The notes under the pieces were generated by a model, which saw only the letters and a program-made list of their open reading frames with translations, was not told the DNA's origin and did no database searches. Below are positions 30,571 through 44,105 of a stretch of DNA of 64,000 nt, piece by piece; position 1 is the first letter of the stretch, and each line of letters opens with the position of its first letter. The position numbers and the translations under genes are program-made. Origin of the DNA: the human T2T-CHM13v2.0 reference genome, Homo sapiens; the NCBI RefSeq assembly GCF_009914755.1, contig NC_060927.1; one strand, written 5' to 3'.

Positions 30571-33500
30571 TTAGATTGTACAATTAGTCCTTTAGACTCA
30601 TGAATTGCCTATTTGATTATGTGACTCTTTATGTAAAAATTGGCCTAAGTTCTTATTTAAAGGAACTATGTAAGTGAAATGCTAATAACATTTCTTATTT
30701 TCATATAATCTTTATAAAATTGGGATTTCACATAATCTCATTAGGAGAATTGAAAAGAATTAAGTTGTTAGATCGGAGTTATCCAAAAGGCATTCTCTAG
30801 TGAACATTAGATCTTAAAAAGTTTGTGTGTTCAAAAACGTTCGGCCTTGGGGAGATTCTCAGTGTATATTAAAAGTTCTTTGAAGTGTAGTGTTAAAGAA
30901 CTTCTAGCTCTTCAACTCAGAGTTTCTCAAGCTTGATGGAAGTTTTCTACAGAAGATGTATTAGCATGGAGCAGAGTATTTTTCCTGTGTCACATACCTT
31001 AGAAATTTTCACCTGGATAGATTTATTAAAGAACAGACACCACAGGTGGTGAGTTCCTGGCTTCACATGGTTTCTTGCTTTTCCTCACTTTTACCAGAGT
31101 TTATAGTTCCATTTCTTCCAAGCCACTCCCGGAGATGGAAGGAAGTGGCATGCTCAAAACAGTGTAGAATCCAAACGGAATGAGAAGGATAATTTTGAGT
31201 CATCTTTCTTTTGTTTAGAAAATAAATATACCTTTTTTGAAAAGAATTGATTTCCTATTTTTAGGTAATGTACTTCTAGTTAAGGCGCATAACTTACCTT
31301 GCCTATATTATAAACTATCAGCTTGACCGAAGCCATCTTTTTCTTCTGCTGTTGGTCTTTTAGAGACTTGCTGTTATTCACATAGATAATACTTGTTTTC
31401 TCTGTGAGCCGTACTACTTGCCAGGTTTGGGACTTCTCACATAGAGGCTGATGTAATAGGGAAAGACAGTGGGATAATTAACATTTTGGAATTTGATAAG
31501 TAAGAATGAGTGCATATGTGTGTGGGCGTTAAAAGAGCTTATAACTTGGTTAGATTTCCTTTGTAAACTTAGGTGGAAAATATGCTTAGAAATTTGAAGT
31601 GATTTGAGAAGCAAGAGACCTTATCCTGCCATTAATCAGTGGTGTGACCTCTGAAAAATAAGGGATGGAATAGATAATCTCAGAGGTGCTGCTGATTAAA
31701 AAAAATTTTTTTTTCAAATTTCATTGCAAATTTTAAATCCTGATGTTGCATTTTTAAAACTTGTATAGGTTGTAACATGCTGGAAATGAAATCAAACCCT
31801 CACTGGGGAAAAATTAATGCTGATGTACAAATATGATTTGGAATCTTTGGTATTTGCCAGGGGCTATAAGAATTCAATGCTTCTCCATTTGTGATCTTTC
31901 TGTAGCACGTGAAGGCTGATTGAGAATTTGAGAGCCCTAGCTCTAGATCTCCAAATAATTGGAGATCTCTAAATAGTTAGAAATCTGCAAGAGAAGATAG
32001 TCCACATTAGCAAGAGATGAGAATGTAGTATATACCACTTTGGTTCATGTATCTTGAAGCTTTTATCATTCGTCACCTCAGCCATTCGTTTTTTTCAGAG
32101 TAAGTCATATGCTTAGAACCAGGAAATTGCCTGCCACATCTTGTTCCTGGAAAAGCTGACAGCCTAAAAATGCTTATCATTCAAGGTGTGACCTAAATGA
32201 GTGTTGTACAGCTATTGTAATTTTTCTATAAAGTTATGTGGCTAAACAAGGTACTTTCTAGGGAAAATTTCTTCCAAGTAGGCCTTTATTTACAACTTGA
32301 ATCCTAAATTAGCAAAACCGCTGTACTGGTACCACAGAAGTTCATATTAGAAGGGAATTTGCAGGTAGTCTAGTCCAACCTTTTTATGTTGCAAATAAAT
32401 GTAGACTGAGAAACCTAACTCCTGCAGCTAGCATACATAACAGAACTGAAACCCAAATCTCCAGATGGCCACCACGGTCATCTTTCCTCAGTATCATGTG
32501 GGTTTCAGTCAGTGTCTCTCGTGCTAGAATGAATCCCATGTAAAGTATGTTTTAAATTAAATGTAATGCCCATACATCAAATCACACAAGTCTGTACCTT
32601 CGTAATTACATTTTGAAATGCAATTGATTTGCTGAATATAAATGTTTGAAATGTTTTGTACATAGCTATTACATTTCTTTAAACTGTATTTTATAGGATG
32701 TATATTTCAATGACAATACTTATCCTACAAAAGAGAATGGTTTCATAAATTGATTTAAAAGTAGGTGCCAGTGTTACACTTATAAATAAAAAGATAAATT
32801 TTACGTAGTGAAATCTAAAAAAGAAATGCAATTGATCATTTAAAAACCACATTTTAAATAAATTCTACAAAAGGTAGCCATTATGATTTTATGATTACTT
32901 GTGTTGACAGTATTCTCCTGTGGAATGTGTGATGCTTAAAATGATTAGCTTGTACAAAAGCTATAACAATAGTAATATTTTTACTCATTTATTCAACTGT
33001 AAGATTTTAAAATTTACAGACAATAGCCAAATAATATTCAGGGTTCTGTTTTAAGTGATAAATTAGCTTTCTACGGGACAAAAAAGGCATTGACAAGAGC
33101 ACTGACTTGTCATGGTATTGAATTTCACAGAATTAGTTTTGGATAAATGGGATTTTCAATGTCCTGTGAGCTCTCAAAATTCATAGTGAGCAACTAATAC
33201 CCATAGGACAAAGTAAAATTTAGTTCACAAATTATTAATTATTTAATTTGCAAAGTAAAAGTAAAAATTAGTTCAGCACAAATTATTATTACTTTACTAA
33301 TTCTTGTTTCCAAATTAAATATTTGAATCAAGAGTGTAGGAAAACATCTTTTAAAATGTGTGTTATAGGGGTACAGTATAAAACTAGGGGCAGGATATTT
33401 TACCATAGGATTTTCTTAAACCCTAGAAAAAAACAGTAAGAATTCATTAGGGATGAGGAAATTTCCTTAGTGAATGTTGGAAACAGGATGCAATGTGGCA

Positions 33501-33649
33501 CAGCTGTCCGCAGAGGTTTGGAGGATTTCCCTGGGAAGATCAGTACTGAGTCATCAGTTGATCGAAGGTAGGGGACGGCACAACACATACCATGCACAAA
33601 TCGAATGTAGGGTGTATTAAGCCCTCAGCAGTATGAAGATTTTAAATTA

Positions 33650-33688
33650 TTGGGTGGGTACAAAAGTAATTATGATTTTTGCCATTAA
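33650..33688. mobile_element. Half MADE1 (mariner-derived MITE)
   Basis: ttgggtgggtacaaaagtaattatgatttttgccatta resembles the MADE1 arm ttaggttggtgcaaaagtaattgcggtttttgccatta. Confidence 0.7.
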
Positions 33689-34494
33689 TATAATTTCAGT
33701 CATAGCACTATCTTAATATCTCTGACAGAAGACTCTTGGAACATTAAAAAAATCAAGATTCTAATAAGGCTGTCTTGTGAAGATCAAGGCATGGAAGTTT
33801 GAAAATCTCAGTGTCGATTCATTATCTAAAAATCTCTTGAATAGCTCAATTACAAAGTCAGCCATAAGTGGAAAACTATGTATCTAGGGTCTGCACCGTG
33901 CCGGCTGCATAAGATACCGAGTAAATGTTTGAACAACTGAGGGAATGAATTCCCAGGTCGGCCATCTCAACTTTTTACAACGTTAATGACAAATACGATT
34001 TCGACATATATAATTCATTTGTATCAGTGTTTTGGGTGTGATATCTGTCAGTTGTGATGGCTGTTATATGAGTTGAACAGTTGTGTTTAATCCTGATATG
34101 TAAATTGTTAGATACTGCTTTAAAATTTTTAAAATTAGTCTATTCCGAATTTCCAGATATTAATATTATCTCTGAAATGTTGAGTGAATTAGAAGTGGAA
34201 GCCAGAGACTTTGTCTTTTTCTCTACAACTCGTCCAACTTCAAACGTGCCTCCTTTTTTCTGCTACTGTTGTTACTGAGAAAACTTGAGCAGGCAGGTCC
34301 TTGGTGCTTTTTTCTAACCAGTGGATGGCAAATATGTGATGCACATCTCCTAGCTCCTTAATCCCATGACCTTGACAGCCATCTCTAATTATCACTGAGC
34401 GGGGGCAGTGAATCTTTCTCAACTCTGCACTCTAGGCAGGTACCAAAGTCAATTGGAGTGGGCATGTGAGAGGAAACCTAGGGCTGTGACCAAA

Positions 34495-34521
34495 AATAAA
34501 CAAACAAACAAACAAACAAAC
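34495..34521 (+). repeat. (AAAC)n microsatellite
   Basis: aataaacaaacaaacaaacaaacaaac. Confidence 0.9.
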
Positions 34522-34763
34522 AGGGAGCTGGAGAAGGACTTGTGCTTAGGAACACAGAAATAGTTCTTGGTGAGAACAGAATAATCCAAGTTTCCTGCTT
34601 CTCCAGAGCAGTATTCTTAATCACTTTCCTTGCTCATGGAGTGGGATAGGGTTGTGAAAATGAACTGAAATGGCACCCTTTCAGTTTTTTCCTGTTACTT
34701 AGGATCCAGCTCACAAAACTAAATTATTCTTTACCTTGTGTGATCCGGGTACTGAAGATAATA

Positions 34764-35121
34764 CAGATTGAGTATCTGCAATTTGAAAATCCAAAATGCT
34801 CCAAAATCTGAAACTTTTTGAGTGCCAACAGGATGCCACAGTGGAAAATTCCACACCCAACCTTGTGTGACTGGTTGCAGCCAAAACTTTGTTTCATGTA
34901 TAATATTATTTAAAATATTGTATAAAATTATCTTCAGGTTATGTGTATAAGGGTGTATGTGAAACAGAAATTTCATGTTTAGACTTGGGTCCCATCCCCA
35001 AGATACCTGTATATGATACTTTGTATTATGTATATGCAGATATTCCAAAATCTGAAAATTCAGATCTGAAATCTGAAACACCTAGGGTCCCAAGCATTTC
35101 AGGTGAGGAATACTGAACCTA
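34764..35121. mobile_element. Tigger4/MER46-type (TcMar-Tigger) non-autonomous element
   Basis: TA-flanked terminal inverted repeats cagattgagtat...atactgaacct; internal aatgctccaaaatctgaaactttttgagtgcc and gggtcccatccccaagata. Confidence 0.88.
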
Positions 35122-35939
35122 TATAACTACTTTTCATCCCAGTAATTTCTTCATTGCCTATGAAGAGTTTAGGAGATAAGTAAAACAAGGACGGGCTTGG
35201 GGAAGTGGAGAGAAGGAGTAGAATATAATAAAACTCTTCTGAAGTATTTGGGAAAATATTTTTTAAGTAACTGTTATAGATACAAGTATGTCTTATCTGT
35301 TAAGTACAGAGGATTTCCACCTGTCAGTGCTGTTGAAAGTTTTAGCTGCCTTTAAATTTCTTGTTGCAAATGCTTCTTTTCATACATTTAGATGGGCCTT
35401 TTTTCTTCAATTAAGTTGAATTACCAAGGTTTTGCTCTATCTATGTAATTTTAAAATGTGAATAGAGGCAGTACATATGGAAGAAAAGGTAGATATTTTC
35501 CCTTAATTTGCAGATGTATGAAAAAATATGATTAGAAATTACAGAAGTCAGAATTTTAAAAATAGATTTAGAGATGAGCATTGTAGTATCAAGCACTTTG
35601 TAGTTTCCTAGTGTTCTGAAAAGTGTGTGTGCGTTTGTGTATGTGTGTATGCATGCATGCATGTTTGTGTATATTTGCTTTGGAGCATCTTAATTTTAGC
35701 TTTAGGAAGTAACTTTGTCACTGCAGTTGCTAAACATATAAGAATACGTATTCATATCTGTTAAATATGGTGCAAAAATTATCTTCAAAAGTTGGCTTTT
35801 ATTTGTAGGAAATACCTCTTAACACACATTTTCATGTGGAATTTGTATTTAGTCATCTTGACAAGAGTAGTCACTAAAGAGAAATGGTCAAAATTGTGTA
35901 GCTTCTAGTAATATTACTCACAGTGCCCTGACTTTACTG

Positions 35940-35941
<2 letters not shown>

Positions 35942-35993
<52 letters not shown>
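35942..35993 (+). repeat. (GT)26 microsatellite
   Basis: Perfect GT run. Confidence 0.97.
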
Positions 35994-35995
<2 letters not shown>

Positions 35996-36892
35996 GGGAG
36001 GTGAGGGGGTAGGGGAGTGCTGTAACAGATGGCTTTAGATTGCCTCAAATAGGGTTGTAAATTTGACTATAAGATGAGTCAGTTTTCTGTGTTCATTTCA
36101 TGACCATGCATGGCACCTCTAACCTTAAGTTTCTCTCAAATGCTGTCATAAAGCCATCATTACTGATAGAAAAAACAATGCACATTTCAAGTGTTTATGA
36201 TAGTGGTTGATAATATCATCTTGGAGTAGAAGAACAGCAAACCTCCTATGTCAAACAGAGCAGCACAGAATGACAGGTCTCTCCATGCAAAAGCTCTGTA
36301 TGGACTCCTCAGCAAACCTGGAGATCCAGGAAGAGATTCAAGCTAAACGATTGACTTTTTGGCTATCAGTTAAGGAGTTCATCAAATGCCTGAGCCCCTG
36401 TCATATGCTGGACTCTACCTTGTGTTAGGTATACATTTTCTGAGCCTTAACAAAAAGATTCTTCCTTAATTTATTTAGCTTCCCCACACATTATTAAGTG
36501 GGGGAGAAAATTGCTCAATACACATTATTATGTGGATGTAAAACGTGGACTGAATGGAGGAAAGGCTGTTTGCCTGGAGTCTTTTTTGAGTATCTCTCAG
36601 AGAGGCTCATAATTTCAGGTATGGGAGAAAGTCTAGTCATTACCCAGTCCATCACCCTCCTTTCATGCATGAGGATAGGAAGACCCTAAGGATTCTCTGT
36701 AGAGGTTACTGTGAACCGTAGTAATTTTGATGTAGCTTTAAGTAGCACGACCTGGACAGAACTGTGGGTGTCCTGGAAAAGAGGAGGAGAGAATAGCAAG
36801 AGCAAAAGCTCAGCAGCGGTCTCTTGCTCCCCAGTATCAGGACACTGTTCACATGGGAGGGTTGTGTAGGGCAGAGTAGGAAATACATTAGA

Positions 36893-37780
<888 letters not shown>

Positions 37781-37981
37781 AAGGAAATACACTGGTATAG
37801 CCTTTAAGGTTCAGAAAAAGATCAAAGGCAGTGCTAACTTTAGTGTACTAAGGAATCTTCTGGAGAATTTCGTGAGAATACACACTGCCTGCTCTTTCTG
37901 TTCAAAGGGAGGATATCTAGGCCTCCCTTCAGAGATTCTGGTTTAGTAGATCTAAGTGAGAACTGAGGACTCTGGATTTTT

Positions 37982-38712
37982 AAACAGCTGTATTGAGATA
38001 TATTTCACATGTCATACAGCTCATGCATTTAAGGTGTAAAATTTAATATTTTTAGCATATTCATGTCGTTATGCAACCACCACCACTAGCAAATTCTAGA
38101 ACATCGGCATTGTGTAACCACCACCACTAGCAAATTCTAGAACATCGGCATTGTGTAACCACCACCACTAGCAAATTCTAGAACATCGGCATTGTGTAAC
38201 CACCACCACTAGCAAATTCTAGAACATCGGCATTGTGTAACCACCACCACTAGCAAATTCTAGAACATTGGCATTGTGTAACCACCACCACTAGCAAATT
38301 CTAGAACATCGGCATTGTGTAACCACCACCACTAGCAAATTCTAGAACATTTTTGTCCCTTCTAAAAGAAACCTCATAGCCGTTGGCAGTTGCTTCCCAC
38401 CGTCAACCCCAGCCCCAAGCAACCACCAGTCTACTTTCTGTCTACATTTGCCTATTCTGGACATTTCATATAAAGGGAATCGTACATTATGTGGCCTTCT
38501 CTAACTGGCCTTTTCTACTTTGCATAATATTTTCAGGGCTCATCTATGCTGTAGCATGTATCAGTATTTTATTCCTTTTTAAGGAAGGTATCCATAAAAT
38601 GGATACATTTAAGCTATGCGTCCATAAAATGGATACATTTTTGTGTGTCCATTCTTCTGTTGGATGGTTTCTCCTTTTTGAGTTATTTAAGTAATGCTGC
38701 TGTGAATATCTG
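37982..38712 (-). mobile_element. L1MB 3' end fragment
   Basis: aacagctgtattgagatatatttcacat...ctactttctgtct...ctattctggacatttcatataaa; degenerate TSD tgaggactctggattttt/tgaggaatctgcgttttt. Confidence 0.88.
38075..38350 (+). repeat. 41-bp minisatellite, 6.7 copies
   Basis: Unit aaccaccaccactagcaaattctagaacatcggcattgtgt starts at 38075, 38116, 38157, 38198, 38239, 38280 and 38321 (partial); one C>T variant at 38269. Confidence 0.97.
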
Positions 38713-39872
38713 TGAGGAATCTGCGTTTTTAAACAAGCACCCCGCTTAATTCTGTTGCTGATAGTTCCTGCACATATCTGGAGAAACTCTAACCTGAATG
38801 GTTAGTGTTGTAGAATGACTCCCCTCACAGTGCTAAGTCCTCTGTTCCCCATCTCTTATGGGTGCTTCTGCTTGAAGAATCACTGGTCTGTGAGCGGGTG
38901 TGTAGTGGCTTAGTGGAAGTGAGGTTCCAGAACTAAATTACATGGTCTGCATGTGCAGGGTAGAGTGGACAGAAGGGACATGACAGGGACAGTAGGCAGA
39001 GTAAATGGGTCCTGTACTTTTTCAGAATCTAGTAGTGACTTGACTAGTTCCTGAACTAGGGTGTTGCTGCTGGTGGTGGTAATGGAAAGGAAGAGTCAGA
39101 GGTAACAGACTTCATCAAAGGAATACTCTCTTCAGTAATGGTGATTTTAAAATACTCGGCAATTTTTGTTTTTCATTGACTCAGACACAGTTCTGTCTAA
39201 TTCTGACCTTATCTATTCCTATCATCCTGTTGTTCAAAGTAAATGTATTTTTACCAACTGTTTGAGAGAGGAAATCCTGGGATAATTAGCTGAAGGATAT
39301 AGTGTAATAAAAAAATACCAAGTTTTGATATTTTGAAGCCTCTGATCTACTAGGGATGTTTAGATACAGTACAAGCCTGAGTCAGAGCTGAACTTCTCAA
39401 AGTTCTTTTTCAGACTTGGGATTCTGTGGTATATTCTGAAACTGAAAATAGCTTCTAGGAGATTCACAGTCCCCACCACCACTGCCCATTGGCGCCACTG
39501 GGCCCAAAGTGAAGGGCCTAGAACAGCTCACACCTTTTTCTGAGAGCTATAGCACAGCTTTAGAAGAGAGATTGTCGCAGCCAGTGACCCATATCGGGTA
39601 CTCATAGAGAGGGGTTTTGTTTAATAGGATTACCCTTGACCAGATATCCATGATCTGTTTCACATTTTTCCGTTAGATTATTTGGCACAGATGTGATCAG
39701 ATTGCCCTTAAGATGCTCTTTGTTCTGTGTACTATTTTTCCCCTCTCCTAACACAAGCATCATTAAAAAAGTCTTGGAGCATTGATACATCAAAAGATTC
39801 TTCTTTCTACCTACTTTATCAAAATCACTATGAACACTTTGGTGTATGTTCTTCTAGACTCTTTTCTTTGTT

Positions 39873-39901
39873 AAAAAAACAAACAAACAAACAAACAAAA
39901 A
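39873..39901 (+). repeat. A-rich/(AAAC)n microsatellite
   Basis: aaaaaaacaaacaaacaaacaaacaaaaa. Confidence 0.85.
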
Positions 39902-42900
39902 GCCTAGTTTTGCACAGAGTATCACAGCGTGCACTTCCTTGTTAACCTGTTATTTCCCCCTACAAATGTGTTGTGAACACCTTCCTATGTTAGCAGATTG
40001 ATTTCTACAGCATTTAAAATTGGCTGTAGAGTTTTGCATTGTATGGATAAAATACCTTCCAAGTTTTCACTGTTTCATACTGTGATGTATGTTTTCATAC
40101 ATTGTTCTAAAATATCTTAAGCCACATCGTACATATTGCCAGTTTGGTTCTCTGTGAATTTTACTGGTAACAATACAACCTAGATGCTCAGGGTTAATTA
40201 AGTATTCTGGGGCAAAGTGCCATTGAACCTGGTTCCTGGTACATACATTCATTCTGATTATTGGTTGGGATAGGTTTATAGTTGTGAAATAGGTGCTACA
40301 GACAGTTTACATAAAACATCCTGTAGCTCTCAGAAGATAGAAAATGCACCCTTTAACTTTCAGAAACTTGCATACCTATAAACGTAGAAACAAGGAATTG
40401 CATTTTTATTAATTCATGGAATCCAGTCTTCATAATGGATTTAAATAATTCTATTTAAAATATGTGCACACAATCTAAAAGCATTTTGTCATTGTAGCCT
40501 AATATCATATAAAAAGAAATTGTGCCTCTGAGTGCACAGTGGACATACCTGTTGTATCATCTGTTTTTCTGGTTTATTGCCATCTTTCTGCCAGAGTCCA
40601 GGACCCTAGAGGAGAATTTCACCATCTTCTCTGAAGTAAAATGTGATTTAGGAACCAGCTTGCTTATTTTTTAAAGTAATGAGTATCACTGTTATGTATC
40701 AAAAATAAAAAAATAGGCAGATTGATTATAATCTGTAGCCCCCTTACTGTAAATTTCAAATAGAAAAGCAAGATTGAGAGGAAATACATCATCATTTTAA
40801 CAGTGGCTATTTTTGAGTGGTGAGATTATGAACAATTAAACTTTCTTCTTGCTTTTCTGTATTTTCAGATTTCTAGAGTGAACATGTATTATACGCTATA
40901 ACGCATAGGAATGTGGGAATAAAAATACGGGCGAAATATTTTTAAAAGGTATGGGATGAGGGCGGGTGGGCTGGAAAGAACCCATAAAGATAAGAGTGGG
41001 TAGTTACTTTTCCACTGTTAAAGAATGAGGCTTGCCAGCTCCTAAGGAAATCTCTGACCCCACCCTGTACTTTTCAAGCAAGAGCTTTTGAAGTCTTTTG
41101 TGCTAGTTAGAGACTAGCATAGTTAGTACAGCTAAGTAAGTATGTAACAGATTCTATTATTAGGTTTATCTTTGCTGATTCCCATTTGATTGACAGCGAG
41201 TTCTCCACCCAGAAAGTTTGATTTATTTTGGCAGTTGGAAGAGGATTTTATGGAGCACTTGTTATCTAAAAAAAGTAAGGCTGTGGAACCTGCTTCCCCC
41301 ACCCCTCTTTTTTAGCTGTTTGGGTTGGTCCTAGTGAGCATGCCTAATCTAAGGATTACTCAGCAAACATGACCTTAGGGCTGGTTTTGTAAATGTTACC
41401 AAATCTATTACTTAACCACAGATGTTCTTCCATTGTTGTGTCCCACAGCCAGAGTAGAATGGTGACGATTAGTTCTGTGAGACTTGGATAAAACCTGTAT
41501 TCTTTAGGTCTCTTTGTATGTGGTGGTTTGAAAGTATTTCCTCACAAAAATTTAAACAATCACATGGTGCAAAGTAAATTGAATTATGTTTTCTTAAAAA
41601 AGTTAACTTATATCATTATACAAATTATAGATGCTCATTGTAGAATATTTTAAAAAATATAGCAAGTTCAAAAGAAAAATACAACTTATTCGTTATTCTA
41701 TTATCCATAAGTTAAGCATTAACATTTTGGTTCTATTTCATTTCAGTCTTTTAAAAAATTGTGTATACATATATAATCTGACTGTGTAAATTGCACTAAG
41801 CATTCTATTGTGAACACTTCCTCATAGTCTGGTTTACTTTTTCTATGTTGTAAAAGCAACTTCCTGACACTAGTAAATGGTATTATTTATGATGGGCATG
41901 GATACACATATCTTTTATTTTACAGCAGCTGCCTTAAGTAGACTTCCAGTAAATCCTTGAGATGTATGTATTACTTGTGATATTCTTTATTATTATACCC
42001 AAATTGATAGATTAGTAGAACTGGCAGGGGCATTGGTCATGGAATTCAGTCCTTTAATTTGAGAAATAATCCTTTGAGCTGGAGCTGCAAGAAATTTTTT
42101 TTTTTTTTTAAGAAATGAGAAAAATAAGCCAGAAGAGTTGCCCTTTGCCCAATATTATTAACTTATTTAATGGCCGTAAGATAACACTGTTGGAAGCAGC
42201 TGCCTCTTTTCTTGTACAGGTTGGGAAGTTGGGGTATTGAGAATTTAATCAACACATTTTTTTAAAGAACCAGGTTGTACTTCCTTACCTGCTCAAGTAT
42301 GGAGGAAAAAGCCAAACCCTGAGGCTAGTAGTTTAGTATTGAATTGCCAAAATCTATTTATTAATTTCATTTTTCATTCACCAGTTGATTTGATGGCATG
42401 TGTAAGCAGTCACCATTGTCTTGATTTCCTGCATGTACCTGTACAGAAGTCATTGTTAACATGATACTACTGACAGTACATGCTTTTCTAGTTGAGGAGT
42501 TAAAATAATTTTTTGGCTTTGCAGTTAAACACAGTGGTCGGTATTTAAGGTATTTAAGGAATCGGTATTTAAGGAATCAGTGGAGTTATGAAGTAATATT
42601 TGAAGTTTTGATTTTTTAAAAATTGCACATTCAATGTTAACACCTTTCAGTTGGCTTTGAAAAAGCAGTAGATTCTTGGGAGTACTTTCCAGAATATTTG
42701 AGAAAAACAATTATGGCTTAGTATTTTTTTTTTAAAGAAAAACAAAGCAATACCCTGAGAGATTATCTAGAAAAATGAAATGGAATTGTTGAGTTTCCCC
42801 TTCACCTTGGGAAGAACTTGGGGGAATGGTTGTGAACAACACTGGCTTTGTTGACCCTGAAGTGTAGGCAGTTAGGGCCTGTGAACATGGCATTTATAGT

Positions 42901-43974
42901 GGTCCACCATCCTTGCTGCCTTGGAAAATTCTTTCTGGAATGGCAGAGGTGCTCTTTGCAAGGCGTGCTTCCTGTGTGAGTACCTATTGTGGAGTCCTCG
43001 GTTGAATGGGAGGTTTGTGAGAAGTGGTTTCCCACCAGCACACAATGCTGCCTCTCGGCAATGTAAATACACATTCCACTCAGGGTCAGGCTAACAGTGA
43101 CTGGCTAGAGCAAACGCCTTCGCAAAGAAAGATATTTTGGAGTTCCATTTATTTATAGCGGCCAGTGGAAAATTAATATGCTTGTTAAATCTATTTTTAA
43201 AAATGAAAGGGAAGTCTCTCATCTGTTTGTTGAATGCAAATCAATTAGCTGTGGCATATTTTGATTTTGCTAATTTGTTGCTCTAGGAACTGAATTTCAA
43301 TGTCCTACTAATTCCTTTGTCTATATTTGAAACTTGAGGTTCTCATTTTAAAAGTTCTCTTTATGCTTTGGAAGACTTCTTTTGGGTTCTTTGATGAAAG
43401 ACATAAATAAATGAATGACCCTAGAAAATACTAGATCAAATCATGGCGGGACTTAAAATGGGCTCATTGAGCAGTAAATGAAGGTCTAGAGATCAGAGCA
43501 GATATGATTCTTCCTTAAGAATGGCAACACAATATTATTTGTCGTTACTTCCTTAGTGTTTGATCATTTGCTTTGAATCTGGGGCATGAGTCTGATTACA
43601 GGAGAGATTGCACGGGGATCCCCATCTAACAGGCCTGGATTTATGGGTGTCAAGTCTCCACCTCTCCTGTACTCTGCTGACAGCCCCAGCAGGAAGTACC
43701 TGGCCCCCAACATCAGTTTTCTTAGCCCTCCAGCCTGCTTTTCTGCTCTCATGATTTACCAAATGAATTTGCCTCACAAATGTTCTCTAATGAGTGTGGC
43801 ATAAAGTCCTGGAGAGAGACATCTGTGGTAGAATTAGAATACCTCTTAATTTGGATTAATTTGTTCTTCCTTTAGACCCTGTCAGGTGAACTCTAGTTGT
43901 ATAATAGAAAGTATAAAGGAGGGACAGCAATCTGTTTTTTTTATGTTTTTACGTATAACTTGCTTGTGTGGAGC

Positions 43975-44105
43975 AACAACTCTCAAAGTGTCGTCTGGGA
44001 GACCCTTGGGTACTCCTAAGACCCTCTTGGGGGTTCATGACATCAAAACCATTAATAATCCTAAAATGTTACTTGTGTTTTTCATTCTGCTTCTTTGAGT
44101 TTATT
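43975..44105. mobile_element. hAT-Charlie terminal fragment
   Basis: ctcaaagtgtcgtctgggagacccttggg...ctaagaccctcttgggggttcatgacatcaaaac. Confidence 0.5.

Larger units (their letters stand above)
37850..38790. mobile_element. MER5-like hAT element interrupted by L1MB
   Basis: cagagattctggtttagtagatct upstream; ggaatctgcgtttttaaacaagcaccc...attctg...ggagaaac downstream. Confidence 0.55.

Noticed and set aside
33209-33291. Imperfect duplication of about 33 bp of AT-rich sequence
   Set aside because: Ordinary degenerate local duplication in low-complexity DNA.
38075-38350. Regularly spaced repeats resembling a CRISPR array
   Set aside because: The units are head-to-tail with no unique spacers, derive from L1MB, and there are no cas genes; this is a eukaryotic minisatellite.
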